Shown: piece by piece, positions 9,518 through 19,570 of the stretch
Layout of the letters: each line of letters begins with the position of its first letter
Position numbering within the stretch: position 1 is the stretch's first letter
Assembly (NCBI GenBank): GCA_964637955.1
Contig: CAZWXQ010000002.1
Span: 135,782-199,781 of the forward strand
Source of the DNA: an uncultured Gammaproteobacteria bacterium
GTDB taxonomy: Bacteria; Patescibacteriota; Microgenomatia; Levybacterales; UBA12049
Reading direction: 5' to 3'
DNA length: 64,000 nucleotides
Notes under the pieces: generated by a model
What the model saw: the letters and a program-made list of their open reading frames with translations, nothing else
The model's database searches: none
Told to the model about the DNA's origin: nothing
Made by a program: the position numbers and the translations under genes

Positions 9518-10714
9518 ATGAATTTAGGTATTGGAATAGTTGGGCTACCAAATGTGGGGAAGTCAACTTTGTTTAATGCACTTCTTAAGAAGCAGCAGGC
9601 GCTTGTGGCGAATTATCCGTTTGCGACCATTGAGCCAAATGTGGGCGTAGTCGCTGTGCCAGATGCTAGGCTTGAAAAGCTTGCGGGGATTACGATGAAT
9701 GAAGAGAAGATGGGAAGTCTTCCTCCATTAAAGCCTGCGACTGTTAATTTCGTGGACATTGCCGGACTCGTTAAAGGAGCTAGTGAAGGCGCAGGACTTG
9801 GAAATAAATTTCTTTCTCATATCCGCGAAGTTTCAGTTATTGCTCATGTAGTTCGAGTGTTTAGCGATCCAGATGTAATAAGATATCAGGATGAAAAAGA
9901 GGCCCGCCTGCCAGCGCTTGAGCGCAGCGATAGCGGGCAGGGAAGCGTTGACCCTAAAGCAGATTATGAAACCATTAACACAGAATTGATCTTAGCTGAT
10001 ATTCAGACGCTAACAAAAACTCTTGAGAATAGAAAACTTGAGCCACATAAAAAGAGTGGAGCAGAGAAATTACTTGAAAGTTTGAATTCTGGAAAGAGAG
10101 CGTTTGATGTTATTCTAACTGATGAAGAAAAGGATGCAACTTGGGATATGTTTCTTCTTACCAATAAGCCTGAGATTATAGTTCTTAATGTAGCGGAAGA
10201 TGAATATATGGGAGACGCAATTGGAGGATTTATTGATAAATGGTCTGAGGTTTTAGGCATGCCAAAAGAAAAATTTGTTGTAATTTCAGCTAAGATTGAA
10301 GCTGAATTAGCTAGTTTAAGTGAAGAAGAGCAATTGGAATATTTGAAAGATTTAGGCTTAGCTCATTCGGGATTAGAGCGTCTAATTCAAAAAGCTTATG
10401 AAGAACTTGGTTTGATTTCATTTCTCACATGCGGGGAAAAAGAAGTTCGAGCATGGACTATGAAAAAAGGCTTGAGTGCGCAAATGGCTGCTGGAGAAAT
10501 CCATACAGATTTTATTAAAAAATTTATAAAAGCTGAGGTTGTAAGCTTTAACGATTTCGTTGATCCTGATGGTTGCGGAGGTCCTGCCCGCAACGGCCAG
10601 CCTTGCGTGGCAGGCGGGTGGAAAGGCGCGAGGGAAAATGGGAAAGCGAGAATGGAAGGACGAGATTATATAATGCATGATGGTGATGTAGTGGAATTTA
10701 AAATTGGCTCATAG
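9518..10714 (+). CDS. ychF: Ribosome-binding ATPase YchF (Obg family)
   Basis: GIVGLPNVGKSTLFNAL, NYPFATIEPN, DIAGLVKGAS, C-terminal TGS (EGRDYIMHDGDVVEFK). Confidence 0.97.
   Translation: MNLGIGIVGLPNVGKSTLFNALLKKQQALVANYPFATIEPNVGVVAVPDARLEKLAGITMNEEKMGSLPPLKPATVNFVDIAGLVKGASEGAGLGNKFLSHIREVSVIAHVVRVFSDPDVIRYQDEKEARLPALERSDSGQGSVDPKADYETINTELILADIQTLTKTLENRKLEPHKKSGAEKLLESLNSGKRAFDVILTDEEKDATWDMFLLTNKPEIIVLNVAEDEYMGDAIGGFIDKWSEVLGMPKEKFVVISAKIEAELASLSEEEQLEYLKDLGLAHSGLERLIQKAYEELGLISFLTCGEKEVRAWTMKKGLSAQMAAGEIHTDFIKKFIKAEVVSFNDFVDPDGCGGPARNGQPCVAGGWKGARENGKARMEGRDYIMHDGDVVEFKIGS
9903..9941 (+). repeat. 39-bp palindromic REP-like element inserted in frame in ychF
   Basis: CCCGCCTGCCA...GCGGGCAGG; GC-rich; encodes extra ARLPALERSDSGQG. 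Confidence 0.75.
10583..10618 (-). repeat. 36-bp palindromic REP-like element inserted in frame in ychF (same family, opposite orientation)
   Basis: Reverse complement reads CCCGCCTGCCA...GCGGGCAGG; encodes PARNGQPCVAGG. Confidence 0.75.
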
Positions 10715-10732
10715 TTAAGCAGATTAAATAAT

Positions 10733-12127
10733 ATGTCTGAAACAGATATTGATTCGGGTATTGGAATCTCTAATCAGGTAGTCCACCAAGGTATTGAAGC
10801 TCCAAAAATACCGATTGTAGATTCCTCGTTGACTTTGGAGCAAGCTCTATCTGTTCCTCAGGAATCAACTCCACCTGCCGAAATACTTGCAAGACAAAGA
10901 TTAGTCGATGTGCAATATTATTCATTTGATGGATTACTTCATCAGGGTCAAATAGTAATAGATGCTGATTTGGTTGATGATACTAAGGTGGCATTTGAAT
11001 TTATGAAAGATTCAGGCTTTCCGGTTCAGAGCGTAAAGCCAATGGGAATAATTCCGTTGCTCCCTGAAGCAGATAGGCCAGCAGCTTGGAAAAATTCAAT
11101 TGGGTTTAATTATAGAAGAGCAGTGGGTAAAGAAAGCTTATCAAGCCATTCACTTGGGAGAAGTTTTGATATAAATCCGCATCTTAATCCTTATGTAAAA
11201 GGGGATTTAGTGGTTCCACCGGATGCAGTTTATGATCCAAGTCAACCTGGAGCAATATCAGCTGATTCGCCGCTTGTTGCATTCATGAAAGACAGAGGTT
11301 GGGAATGGGGAGGAGATTGGCCGGATAGAAAAGATTATATGCATTTTCAAAAAAATGCTCCACAAGCAATTTTTGTTTTAGGAGGTGGAAATAGAGTTAT
11401 TGAAGAAGAGGGAAAAGATCCAATGTTTACAACGTCTCCATATAAAGGCAAATTTTTTCCGAGAATGACAGGAGGTGCGAAGGCAAGGCCATATGCTGCT
11501 CTTGATTTGGCTCAGAAATACCCAGGTGCCAAAATTGTAACTCTCAGTCAAAGGCCAGAAGAATTACAAGAAAAAGGACCTATTAAAGAACCACCATTTG
11601 CTAGTGTTATGGCAGAGGATCTAATGTTGAAAAAAGTTGATAAATCAAGAATTATTGAGCAAACTGCATCTACGTCGACGTTAACAGAGTTTATGGAAGT
11701 AGTTAAATTATCTGCTGAATTTGATTTGCTAAATGTTGACGTGGTTGTAAGTGACTTTCAATTAGAAAGGGCGCAATTACTCTTGGATACCATAATGGAT
11801 CCAGATAAATATGCTAGTTTGAAAAGACAACTTAGAGGTTTATTTACGAACGCTTCAGAGGTAGAGTTATTTGAAGAAAAAATGTATGAACTTGAACAAG
11901 CAGTTAATAAAATAAGATCAAATGGTTCTAGGCTGAATCTTGTTTCTGCAGAAGAAGTGCTTCGAAAAAGAAGTGGACATTATGCCACACTTATTGATCA
12001 GGTGAGGAAATTAGAGGGATATAGTAATGTACAGAATAAAGAGAAACAAGATGTTGATAAGATAAAAAGAGGAGAGTTTAATTTTGCACAGCCTACTTTC
12101 AGACAATATATAATGTCTCTGAATTAA
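10733..12127 (+). CDS. M15 peptidase domain fused to DUF218/YdcF-like domain
   Basis: FNYRR...LSSHSLGRSFDINP...GWEWGGDW...DYMHFQK, then AIFVLGGG...IIEQTASTSTLTE...VVVSDFQLERA. Confidence 0.85.
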   Translation: MSETDIDSGIGISNQVVHQGIEAPKIPIVDSSLTLEQALSVPQESTPPAEILARQRLVDVQYYSFDGLLHQGQIVIDADLVDDTKVAFEFMKDSGFPVQSVKPMGIIPLLPEADRPAAWKNSIGFNYRRAVGKESLSSHSLGRSFDINPHLNPYVKGDLVVPPDAVYDPSQPGAISADSPLVAFMKDRGWEWGGDWPDRKDYMHFQKNAPQAIFVLGGGNRVIEEEGKDPMFTTSPYKGKFFPRMTGGAKARPYAALDLAQKYPGAKIVTLSQRPEELQEKGPIKEPPFASVMAEDLMLKKVDKSRIIEQTASTSTLTEFMEVVKLSAEFDLLNVDVVVSDFQLERAQLLLDTIMDPDKYASLKRQLRGLFTNASEVELFEEKMYELEQAVNKIRSNGSRLNLVSAEEVLRKRSGHYATLIDQVRKLEGYSNVQNKEKQDVDKIKRGEFNFAQPTFRQYIMSLN

Positions 12128-12206
12128 TTGTTTAGAATTTATTTTTTATGATACTCTTTAAAAGAATCTGCCTTTTTTGTAAATTAAAAAGTTTATATAA
12201 AATATA

Positions 12207-13121
12207 ATGGATCATACTTCAACAAATAACTTTAAAGAATTAATTTCAAGAATTCGCGAATACAGTGAAATTAATTTTATTAATGGTCATGATGAGGAGA
12301 TTGGTTACTTTCCAATTTTTGAAGATGTACCAAAAATTTTAGTTAGATTTTCTTATGGATTTAATGCTCCAAATATGTCTTCTCAATATTTTGATAAAGA
12401 AAAAGAAAGTGAAGTAGTTGCTGATAGAAATGTTAGAATTTTTTTGGATAGTCAAGGTTTTGAAAGTGAAAATTGCCTTTGGGCTTTAGGTAAATTTCAA
12501 GGTCAGGAGTCTCAAATAGAAGAAGTAAGTCTAGAGACTCTAGCTGATAAAAATAAATCAGTAGGGAATGTGGTTTTTACAAGAGATCCAAGACTTACAT
12601 TAATAATTAAACCAGCAGATTGTCCGACAGGAGTATTTTATTGTAAAGATAAAGATGAAAATTCTGTAACCGGAATAATTCATGGAGGAGCTGAATCAGC
12701 AAATTACGGTCTTATAAGACAAGGATTACAAGTTCTTCAAATTCAATTGGGCGTAGATTTAAAATCTTTAAAAATTGGAGTTTTCCCAGGTATGAAGGAC
12801 TATTCTATGAGTAAATTTCAAAATGTAAATGGTGAATTAAAAAGAAGATATCAAGGATTTTATCCGATTAATTTAGATGGTTTCCTTGAGAATCCAAAAA
12901 CTGATGATCCTACAGAACTGCGAAAAGTAGATTTAGTTAGTATATTCGAAATGCAAGCTATGCAAGCAGGAGTAGCTCCTGAAAATATGGAAGTATATAG
13001 AGTAGATACTTATGCTGATGCAAAAGTTGGAAGAGCATTTTCAAGAAGATTTTCAAGTGATAATAATGGCGCTCGACCAGGGTCAAATATGATTGCTACA
13101 AAATTACTTATTAGAAATTAA
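12207..13121 (+). CDS. YfiH/PgeF-like (multicopper-oxidase-4 family) protein
   Basis: VVFTRDPRLTLIIKPADCPTGVFY...GIIHGG. Confidence 0.75.
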   Translation: MDHTSTNNFKELISRIREYSEINFINGHDEEIGYFPIFEDVPKILVRFSYGFNAPNMSSQYFDKEKESEVVADRNVRIFLDSQGFESENCLWALGKFQGQESQIEEVSLETLADKNKSVGNVVFTRDPRLTLIIKPADCPTGVFYCKDKDENSVTGIIHGGAESANYGLIRQGLQVLQIQLGVDLKSLKIGVFPGMKDYSMSKFQNVNGELKRRYQGFYPINLDGFLENPKTDDPTELRKVDLVSIFEMQAMQAGVAPENMEVYRVDTYADAKVGRAFSRRFSSDNNGARPGSNMIATKLLIRN

Positions 13122-13192
13122 TTTGACATAATGTATTTTGGCTTGTTATTATGACTTTGTTCTTTTAAAGAAAAGTAGGGAATATAAAATAG

Positions 13193-13358
13193 AGCGTGTG
13201 GCTAGATCGTTTTATCGGTCAGTGACGAGGAAGAAGGCTGGCTTATTAGTAAGTCAGGATCGAACACTGCAAGCATAGCTTGTTGTAGTATCTGCGGAAA
13301 CCTTCAGGTTGAGATTATCGACCTAAATTCGTTTTTGAAAAGAAAACGAAGCATAATT
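13193..13358 (+). ncRNA. glmS ribozyme (GlcN6P-activated), variant
   Basis: In the glmS leader: AGCG, GACGAGG, GAAGG/CCTTC, ATCGAA, GCGG, AGGTTG/CGACCT and a terminal hairpin followed by GCATAAT, in canonical order. Confidence 0.8.
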
Positions 13359-13387
13359 ACTACTTTTCTCCAAAAGATTATAATTTT

Positions 13388-15166
13388 ATGTGTGGAATTT
13401 TCGGTTACGTTGGACTTAAGACTGATTCTGGGCAAATGATTCTAGAAGGTTTAAAACTACTTGAGTATCGTGGCTATGATTCTTGGGGAATAGCGATAAA
13501 ATCCCAAATCCCAAATCCCAAATCCCAAATAATTGTTGAAAAGCACATTGGAAAAATTGGCAGCGCGAAAGTAAATTTTCCAGAAAGTGAGATAGGAATT
13601 GGTCATACAAGATGGGCGACTCACGGAAAAGTAACCGACGAAAATTCACATCCTCATCTTGACTGTTCTTCTCAGATCGCAGTAGTTCATAACGGAATTA
13701 TCGAAAATTTCCAGGAATTAAAATCTGAATTAGAAAAGAAAGGTCACAAGTTTATTTCAGAAACTGACACTGAAATTTTCCCACATCTACTCGAAGAAAA
13801 CCTTAAATCTAATAATTTTGAAGAATCTTTTAAATCCACATTCTCAAAAATAAAAGGACTTAATGCAATTGTCGCGTTTGATGCTAATTCAGATCAAATT
13901 ATAGCTGCAAAAACAGGGTCGCCATTAGTAGTTGGTAAAAATAGTGATGGGTTTTTTATTTCATCCGATGTCTCTGGAATTATAAATCAAACAGATGAAG
14001 TAATTTTTCTCGAGGATAATCAAATGATAGTTGTTGATAAAAATATAAAACTTTTAGATTTAGTTCATGACAAAGAATTGCCTATTAAATTCACAAAGCT
14101 TGATTGGAAATTTGAAAATACGCAGAAAGGGAATTATGAGCATTTTTTACTTAAGGAGATAAATGAACAGCCAAAAGTTTTGGAGAATATTAGCTTAAAT
14201 AGTCATTCTGATGTTAAAAAATTGGCTGATTTGATCTCGGATGCGAAGGGAACATTTATGCTTGGGTGCGGAACCGCGTCATATGCAGCGCTAACTGGGG
14301 TATATTTATTTTCAAAGGTTGCAAAAAAACATGTAAATTTTTCAATAGGATCAGAGTTTGGATATATTGAGGATTATCTTAATTCAAAAAGTCTTATTAT
14401 TCCAATTTCTCAAAGTGGCGAGACTATAGATGTAGTAGAGCCGGTAGGTAAAGCGAAAATGAAGGGTGCAAAAATAGCCGCAATTACAAACGTTTTAGGT
14501 TCTACTCTTTACAGACAAGCTGATTTCAGGTTTATGCTTGGAGCTGGGGTGGAGAAAGCAGTAATTGCTACGAAAAGTTTTACATCGATGTTTTCAGTTT
14601 TACTTTTAGCAGCATATTCGATTGCCGGAAGGCAGAAAGAAGGAGAAAACCAGATTCTAGATGCCGCGAAAAGTTTGAAAGATTTACTTGAAGAAAAAAA
14701 TATACACCAAATAAAAAAAGTTGCGAAACTTGTTAAGAATCACAAGCATGTTTATATTCTGGGAAGAGGGCTTTCTTATCCGGCTGCTTTAGAAGGAGCG
14801 CTAAAGCTTAAAGAAACTGCATATGTTCATGCTGAAGGATTTGCTGGAGGAGAACTTAAGCATGGAGTAATTGCTTTGGTTGAAAAAGGGACACCAATAT
14901 TTGTTCTTGCACCAAATGACGAAACTTATCCAGAAATAATTTCAAATGCACAGGAAGTAAAAGCACGTGGAGGATTTATTATTGGAATTGGTCCAAAAGA
15001 AAATGACGTTTTTGATGAGTTTTTAAAGACAGCAGATGCGGGTGCAGCGACTCTAATTCCTCAAATAGTTTATCTCCAGCTCTTGGCTTATTATCTTGCT
15101 CTAGAAAATGGAATAACGGACCCTGATAAGCCTCGAAATCTCGCCAAGAGTGTTACAGTCAAATAA
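13388..15166 (+). CDS. glmS: Glutamine-fructose-6-phosphate aminotransferase
   Basis: MCGIFG, LEYRGYDS, GHTRWATHG, SQSGET, PRNLAKSVTV. Confidence 0.98.
   Translation: MCGIFGYVGLKTDSGQMILEGLKLLEYRGYDSWGIAIKSQIPNPKSQIIVEKHIGKIGSAKVNFPESEIGIGHTRWATHGKVTDENSHPHLDCSSQIAVVHNGIIENFQELKSELEKKGHKFISETDTEIFPHLLEENLKSNNFEESFKSTFSKIKGLNAIVAFDANSDQIIAAKTGSPLVVGKNSDGFFISSDVSGIINQTDEVIFLEDNQMIVVDKNIKLLDLVHDKELPIKFTKLDWKFENTQKGNYEHFLLKEINEQPKVLENISLNSHSDVKKLADLISDAKGTFMLGCGTASYAALTGVYLFSKVAKKHVNFSIGSEFGYIEDYLNSKSLIIPISQSGETIDVVEPVGKAKMKGAKIAAITNVLGSTLYRQADFRFMLGAGVEKAVIATKSFTSMFSVLLLAAYSIAGRQKEGENQILDAAKSLKDLLEEKNIHQIKKVAKLVKNHKHVYILGRGLSYPAALEGALKLKETAYVHAEGFAGGELKHGVIALVEKGTPIFVLAPNDETYPEIISNAQEVKARGGFIIGIGPKENDVFDEFLKTADAGAATLIPQIVYLQLLAYYLALENGITDPDKPRNLAKSVTVK
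13499..13530 (+). repeat. Heptamer tandem repeat (AAATCCC)x4.6 inside glmS
   Basis: Directly visible; encodes KSQIPNPKSQI. Confidence 0.9.
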
Positions 15167-15200
15167 TTTAACCCATAGTTAAAAATGATATAATTGCTTC

Positions 15201-16613
15201 ATGAAAATGGAAGAAGCACCGCATGAAATAGTATTCAAGCCAACTCCTCAGCCTCCTGCAGATTTAAATGCGGGATTAGGTGGAACAGCACCTGATGTTC
15301 CAGACGACATTCTAAGAGAAATAGAATTATGGAAGGGTAAGCCTCGATATAGTCAATCTCGAGCTGATCAAGCATTGTTAATATTATCTGATTTACCGAT
15401 GACATATTTTGATGCTGAGGAAATGGATCACATGCAGACAGAGTATTTTAGTTTTTTAAAGCATTTCTGGATGCCTGAAAATACACAATTATACGATTTA
15501 GACAGGAGTCGCAGGATAGGTCAGGAGCCAATTTCAAATCTTCAAAGCACTTTCCAGCGCATAGAAGTTCAAGTGGAGAATGGATTTCCAATCGAGATAA
15601 CTTTTGGAACAAGGCCAGGTGACGAGAGAAGACTTAATGAAGACTCATTGTTAGTCTCCTCATTTGGTAATAAAAAGCAATTATTTACTGTTTTTGATGG
15701 AGCAAGTAGCCAGAAGCCAATTGAAGGATTGCAAAAATTTGAATGGGCGGGTGCTCCAATTTCTGGAGCGTTTTATGTTTCTCATCTCGCATCGCTAGAG
15801 TTTCCATCTACACGGGAATATCAGGATTTGATTTCAAATCCAAATGCGAGTGCATATGATTTTATCAACGGCCTTAATTCGTGGTTAAGGCAAAGACAAG
15901 GTAGAGTAGAGGGAGTGGATTACTCTGATGTATTAACCATTCCTGGAATGTGTGCCACTTCGGTAGTAGTGGATCAGGAAAAAGGAAAAGTAACTGGAGC
16001 GCATGTAGCTGACTCTATGGCTATAGCTAAAATAAGAAATCCAGAAACAGGAAAAGTGGAGTTTAAAGTAATTACAAATGACTTAAATAAAAGGTTTGAT
16101 GAAAGAACACTTGGTCTAGCTAAGAATGTTGCCAAGGACAATGGAATTACTATTAGAGAAGCAGCAGGGCATCCATTGGTAAAGCAAGAGTTAAAAGAAT
16201 CATATACAGAAAAGATTAATACTCCAGAAGGAACTGGAATTGTAAATGGAATGAATGAGTTAATCGATAATGGATTGGTGCAGACTTTTGAGCTTGATTT
16301 AGATTCTTTGGAAGCGATCGTTTTGGCAACCGACGGATTTTATGATCCGTGGTTACATTTTATAGAGTCGGGTGATTTGCCTGAAGAAGAAAAAGTCAGA
16401 TTATTTGAAGATATGTTTGCTAGAATTTCTGAGATGGATCCAGGTAAATGGTCTGGAAAAATTATCGATGATCCATCAGGCGCTGCTCATGGAATTTTGG
16501 AGCATGATCCAGATCATGAAAAAATTCCAAGAATAAAAACAAAAGATGATGCAACTTTCATGTTAATAGACTTTGCGAAAATGAGAAAATCTTCCTCATT
16601 GAAGGCAGCTTAG
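15201..16613 (+). CDS. PP2C/PPM-family phosphatase-like protein with N-terminal extension
   Basis: LNEDS, VFDG, AHVADS, LATDG, DDAT motifs. Confidence 0.8.
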   Translation: MKMEEAPHEIVFKPTPQPPADLNAGLGGTAPDVPDDILREIELWKGKPRYSQSRADQALLILSDLPMTYFDAEEMDHMQTEYFSFLKHFWMPENTQLYDLDRSRRIGQEPISNLQSTFQRIEVQVENGFPIEITFGTRPGDERRLNEDSLLVSSFGNKKQLFTVFDGASSQKPIEGLQKFEWAGAPISGAFYVSHLASLEFPSTREYQDLISNPNASAYDFINGLNSWLRQRQGRVEGVDYSDVLTIPGMCATSVVVDQEKGKVTGAHVADSMAIAKIRNPETGKVEFKVITNDLNKRFDERTLGLAKNVAKDNGITIREAAGHPLVKQELKESYTEKINTPEGTGIVNGMNELIDNGLVQTFELDLDSLEAIVLATDGFYDPWLHFIESGDLPEEEKVRLFEDMFARISEMDPGKWSGKIIDDPSGAAHGILEHDPDHEKIPRIKTKDDATFMLIDFAKMRKSSSLKAA

Positions 16614-16631
16614 AATTTGTATAATAGTCAT

Positions 16632-17888
16632 ATGCAAGCAGTTTTATTAGCCGCAGGAGCAAGTTCTAGAATGTATCCGTTTTCAGAAAATGGCCACAAA
16701 TCCATGATTAAAATTCTTGGCAAACCACTTCTAGAGCATGTGATCTTGGGTTTAAAAAGTAAAAACATTGCTGATCTTATAATTGTTGTAAATGAAAAAA
16801 ATGATACTAGAGACTATTTTGGAAATGGAGAGAAGTTAGGTGTAAATATCTCTTATGTTACTCAAAAAAATCCTGACGGAGCAGGAAATGCGCTTCTTCT
16901 TTGTAAAGATTTAATAAATGATGACTTTCTTTTAATTAATTCTTATAGAGTCGACTGCGATAAATATATAGATGCCTTACTTGATAAAAAATCAGGAAAT
17001 GATGCGACTCTTCTTTTACATGATCGAGATAACACATGGCTTTACGGAGTAGTAAAAGTAGAGAATGAAAAAGTAATTGGAATTGTAGAAAAACCTGAAA
17101 AAGGAACAGAGCCCTCAAAAAAATGCATTGTAGGAATATATTTGTTCTCGAAAAATTTTCTAGAGATCTTAGAAAATATACCTTCGGAGCATTATCAACT
17201 GGAAAAAGCACTTGATTCATTTTCCAAGTCACATAAAATTTCATTTGTGGAATCAAATGATGAAGATATTGTTTTAAAGTATCCTTGGGATTTATTTAGA
17301 ATTAAAGATTATCTTCTAAATTCCATAAAATCTAATCAGGGAAATAACGTCAAGATAGGGGAAGATGTGATAATCGAGGGGGAGGTTTTTATAGGAGATA
17401 ACGTTACCATAATGGATAAAGCTACTTTAAAAGGCCCTTGTTTCATAGGGAACAATTCTTACATTGGGTCAAATTCTCTACTTAGGGATGGGGTAGACGT
17501 GGAAGAGGATAGTGTTGTGGGATCATTTATGGAGGTTAAAAATACTTTGATTATGAAAGGAAGCAAGACGCATTCAGGATTTTTAGGGGACAGTATAATA
17601 GGGGAAAATGTTAGAGTTGCTGCCTCTGTCACGACTACAAATGTAAGGCTGGATCGAGAAAATATTTTCTCAGTCATTGCAGATAAAAAAATAGATACAG
17701 GACTTAAGGAATTAGGAGTAATAATCGGAAGCAATACTAAGCTTGGAGGAAATGTAACAATAATGCCGGGAATTGTTATTGGAGATAATAGTCTTATCGG
17801 TCCATCAACAACAGTAATAAGTAATGTAGAAAGTAACGTAAAATATTATACTGAGTTTAAAGAAGTTGTAGCTAAAGTAAATGGATAA
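16632..17888 (+). CDS. Bifunctional sugar-1-phosphate nucleotidylyltransferase/acetyltransferase (archaeal-type GlmU)
   Basis: AVLLAAGASSRMYP, IVEKP, YPWD, C-terminal hexapeptide repeats. Confidence 0.9.
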   Translation: MQAVLLAAGASSRMYPFSENGHKSMIKILGKPLLEHVILGLKSKNIADLIIVVNEKNDTRDYFGNGEKLGVNISYVTQKNPDGAGNALLLCKDLINDDFLLINSYRVDCDKYIDALLDKKSGNDATLLLHDRDNTWLYGVVKVENEKVIGIVEKPEKGTEPSKKCIVGIYLFSKNFLEILENIPSEHYQLEKALDSFSKSHKISFVESNDEDIVLKYPWDLFRIKDYLLNSIKSNQGNNVKIGEDVIIEGEVFIGDNVTIMDKATLKGPCFIGNNSYIGSNSLLRDGVDVEEDSVVGSFMEVKNTLIMKGSKTHSGFLGDSIIGENVRVAASVTTTNVRLDRENIFSVIADKKIDTGLKELGVIIGSNTKLGGNVTIMPGIVIGDNSLIGPSTTVISNVESNVKYYTEFKEVVAKVNG

Positions 17889-18504
17889 AGTAATTCTTTT
17901 TGATATCGATAAAACACTCTTTGATCGCGAGAAGTATCTTGGTGGTTTTTTTGTACTTTTGGAATCAGAATTTGGTTTAAATTCAGATGAAGCTAACGAG
18001 GTGGGAAAATTTTATCAAGAAGTTAAAGATGAGTACGGATATTTCTCAAGCGAAGCATTTTTGATCAGAATTTATGGAAGATTTCCAGACCTTTCAGAAA
18101 AATTGGATTACTATTTTTCGCAAGAGAACTTGGATAAATTTTTATACGAAGACTCAAAAGTACTTTATGAATTTAAAAAATCAAGAATTGGAATTTTTTC
18201 AAAAGGAGACGGACCTTTTCAAAAAGCAAAAATAAAGAGTTTTGGAGATATTATAGAGCAAGATCTTATTTACGTTTTTCATAATAAGCTTGAAAAGCTT
18301 CCGGAAATTCTAGAAAAACATAATGATTCAAAGTTAACTATTGTTGACGATAATATAGCTGTGTTGGTGAATGCAAAGAGTCTGAATCCAAATGTAAGAA
18401 CAATTTTAATTGATCGAACTAGAGAGTTTGAAGGTGTTAGTGGTGTTGATTTTAGATTAGATTCTCTTTCTGATATAATCCCAATTCTAAGCGACCATAT
18501 TTAG
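17881..18504 (+). CDS. HAD-superfamily hydrolase
   Basis: ILFDIDKTLFD, FSKG, IVDD. Confidence 0.85.
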   Translation: MDKVILFDIDKTLFDREKYLGGFFVLLESEFGLNSDEANEVGKFYQEVKDEYGYFSSEAFLIRIYGRFPDLSEKLDYYFSQENLDKFLYEDSKVLYEFKKSRIGIFSKGDGPFQKAKIKSFGDIIEQDLIYVFHNKLEKLPEILEKHNDSKLTIVDDNIAVLVNAKSLNPNVRTILIDRTREFEGVSGVDFRLDSLSDIIPILSDHI

Positions 18505-18568
18505 AAATCATAATTAATATATTGGTTGAACAAGGAGGGCAGAATAAGGGATTTGTCAATCTAACGCT

Positions 18569-19570
18569 ATGAGTAAAATACCAAAAGTTGTAACAATTGG
18601 TGGGGGAACGGGAAGCTATGCTTCTTTAATGGGTTTGAAAAAATATGATCTCAAGCTCTGCGCTATCGTGAACATGCTTGATAACGGCGGTTCTTCGGGA
18701 ATTCTGCGTGATGAGCTAGGAGTTCTTCCTCCAGGAGATGTTAGGCAGTGTCTTGTGGCGCTTGCTGATTCTTCAAAACTTCTTCGCGATTTGTTTAATT
18801 ATAGATTTGAGGAGGGGGGACTTAAAGGACATAGCTTCGGAAATATTTTCCTTTCTACTTTAGAAAAACAGAGTGGAAGTATGAAAAAAGCCATAGAGGA
18901 GGCTGGAAAAATTTTAAGAATAAAAGGAAATGTTGTTCCAGTTACTTTAACAAAAGAAACAACTCTTTGTGTAGAACTTGATGATGGGACTGTTATAAAA
19001 GGAGAGACGCACATTGATGTTCTTGAGAAAAAAGAGAAAAGAGCACCAATTAGTAAAGCTTATCTAAGCAATAAAGCGCTTTTAAATGAGGACGCAAAAG
19101 AAAGTATAGAAAAAGCGGATTTTATAATAATTGGTCCAGGTGATATGTATACAAGTCTTTTGCCAATTATTTTGGTGGATGGTGTGCCAGAGGCAATAAA
19201 AAATTCACCAGCTAAGATAATATTTGTTTTAAATCTAATGACAAAATATGGTCAGACAAGCCATTACAGTGCAAAAAAACATATTGAAGAATTTGAAAAA
19301 TATCTTGGAAAAGGAATTATTGATTATGTTCTTGTTAATTCAAAAAATCCCAAGAAATCAGTCTTATCTTGGTACGAAGAATATGATGAGTTTCCTGTAG
19401 CTGATGATTTAAATGACAGCGAAAGTTTTGAAATCATTCGTAAAGATCTTTTAAAAGATGTGGTAATTACTCCAGAAGCTTCAGATAAACTCCGAAGAAG
19501 TATCATAAGACATGATTCAAAAAAGCTTGCAGATGCAGTAATGCAGCTAGTTGAAAACCCTAAGCTTTAG
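18569..19570 (+). CDS. yvcK: YvcK/GlmR (UPF0052) protein
   Basis: VTIGGGTG, DNGGSSG, PPGDVR, GHSFGN, IGPGDMYTS, RHDS. Confidence 0.93.
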   Translation: MSKIPKVVTIGGGTGSYASLMGLKKYDLKLCAIVNMLDNGGSSGILRDELGVLPPGDVRQCLVALADSSKLLRDLFNYRFEEGGLKGHSFGNIFLSTLEKQSGSMKKAIEEAGKILRIKGNVVPVTLTKETTLCVELDDGTVIKGETHIDVLEKKEKRAPISKAYLSNKALLNEDAKESIEKADFIIIGPGDMYTSLLPIILVDGVPEAIKNSPAKIIFVLNLMTKYGQTSHYSAKKHIEEFEKYLGKGIIDYVLVNSKNPKKSVLSWYEEYDEFPVADDLNDSESFEIIRKDLLKDVVITPEASDKLRRSIIRHDSKKLADAVMQLVENPKL

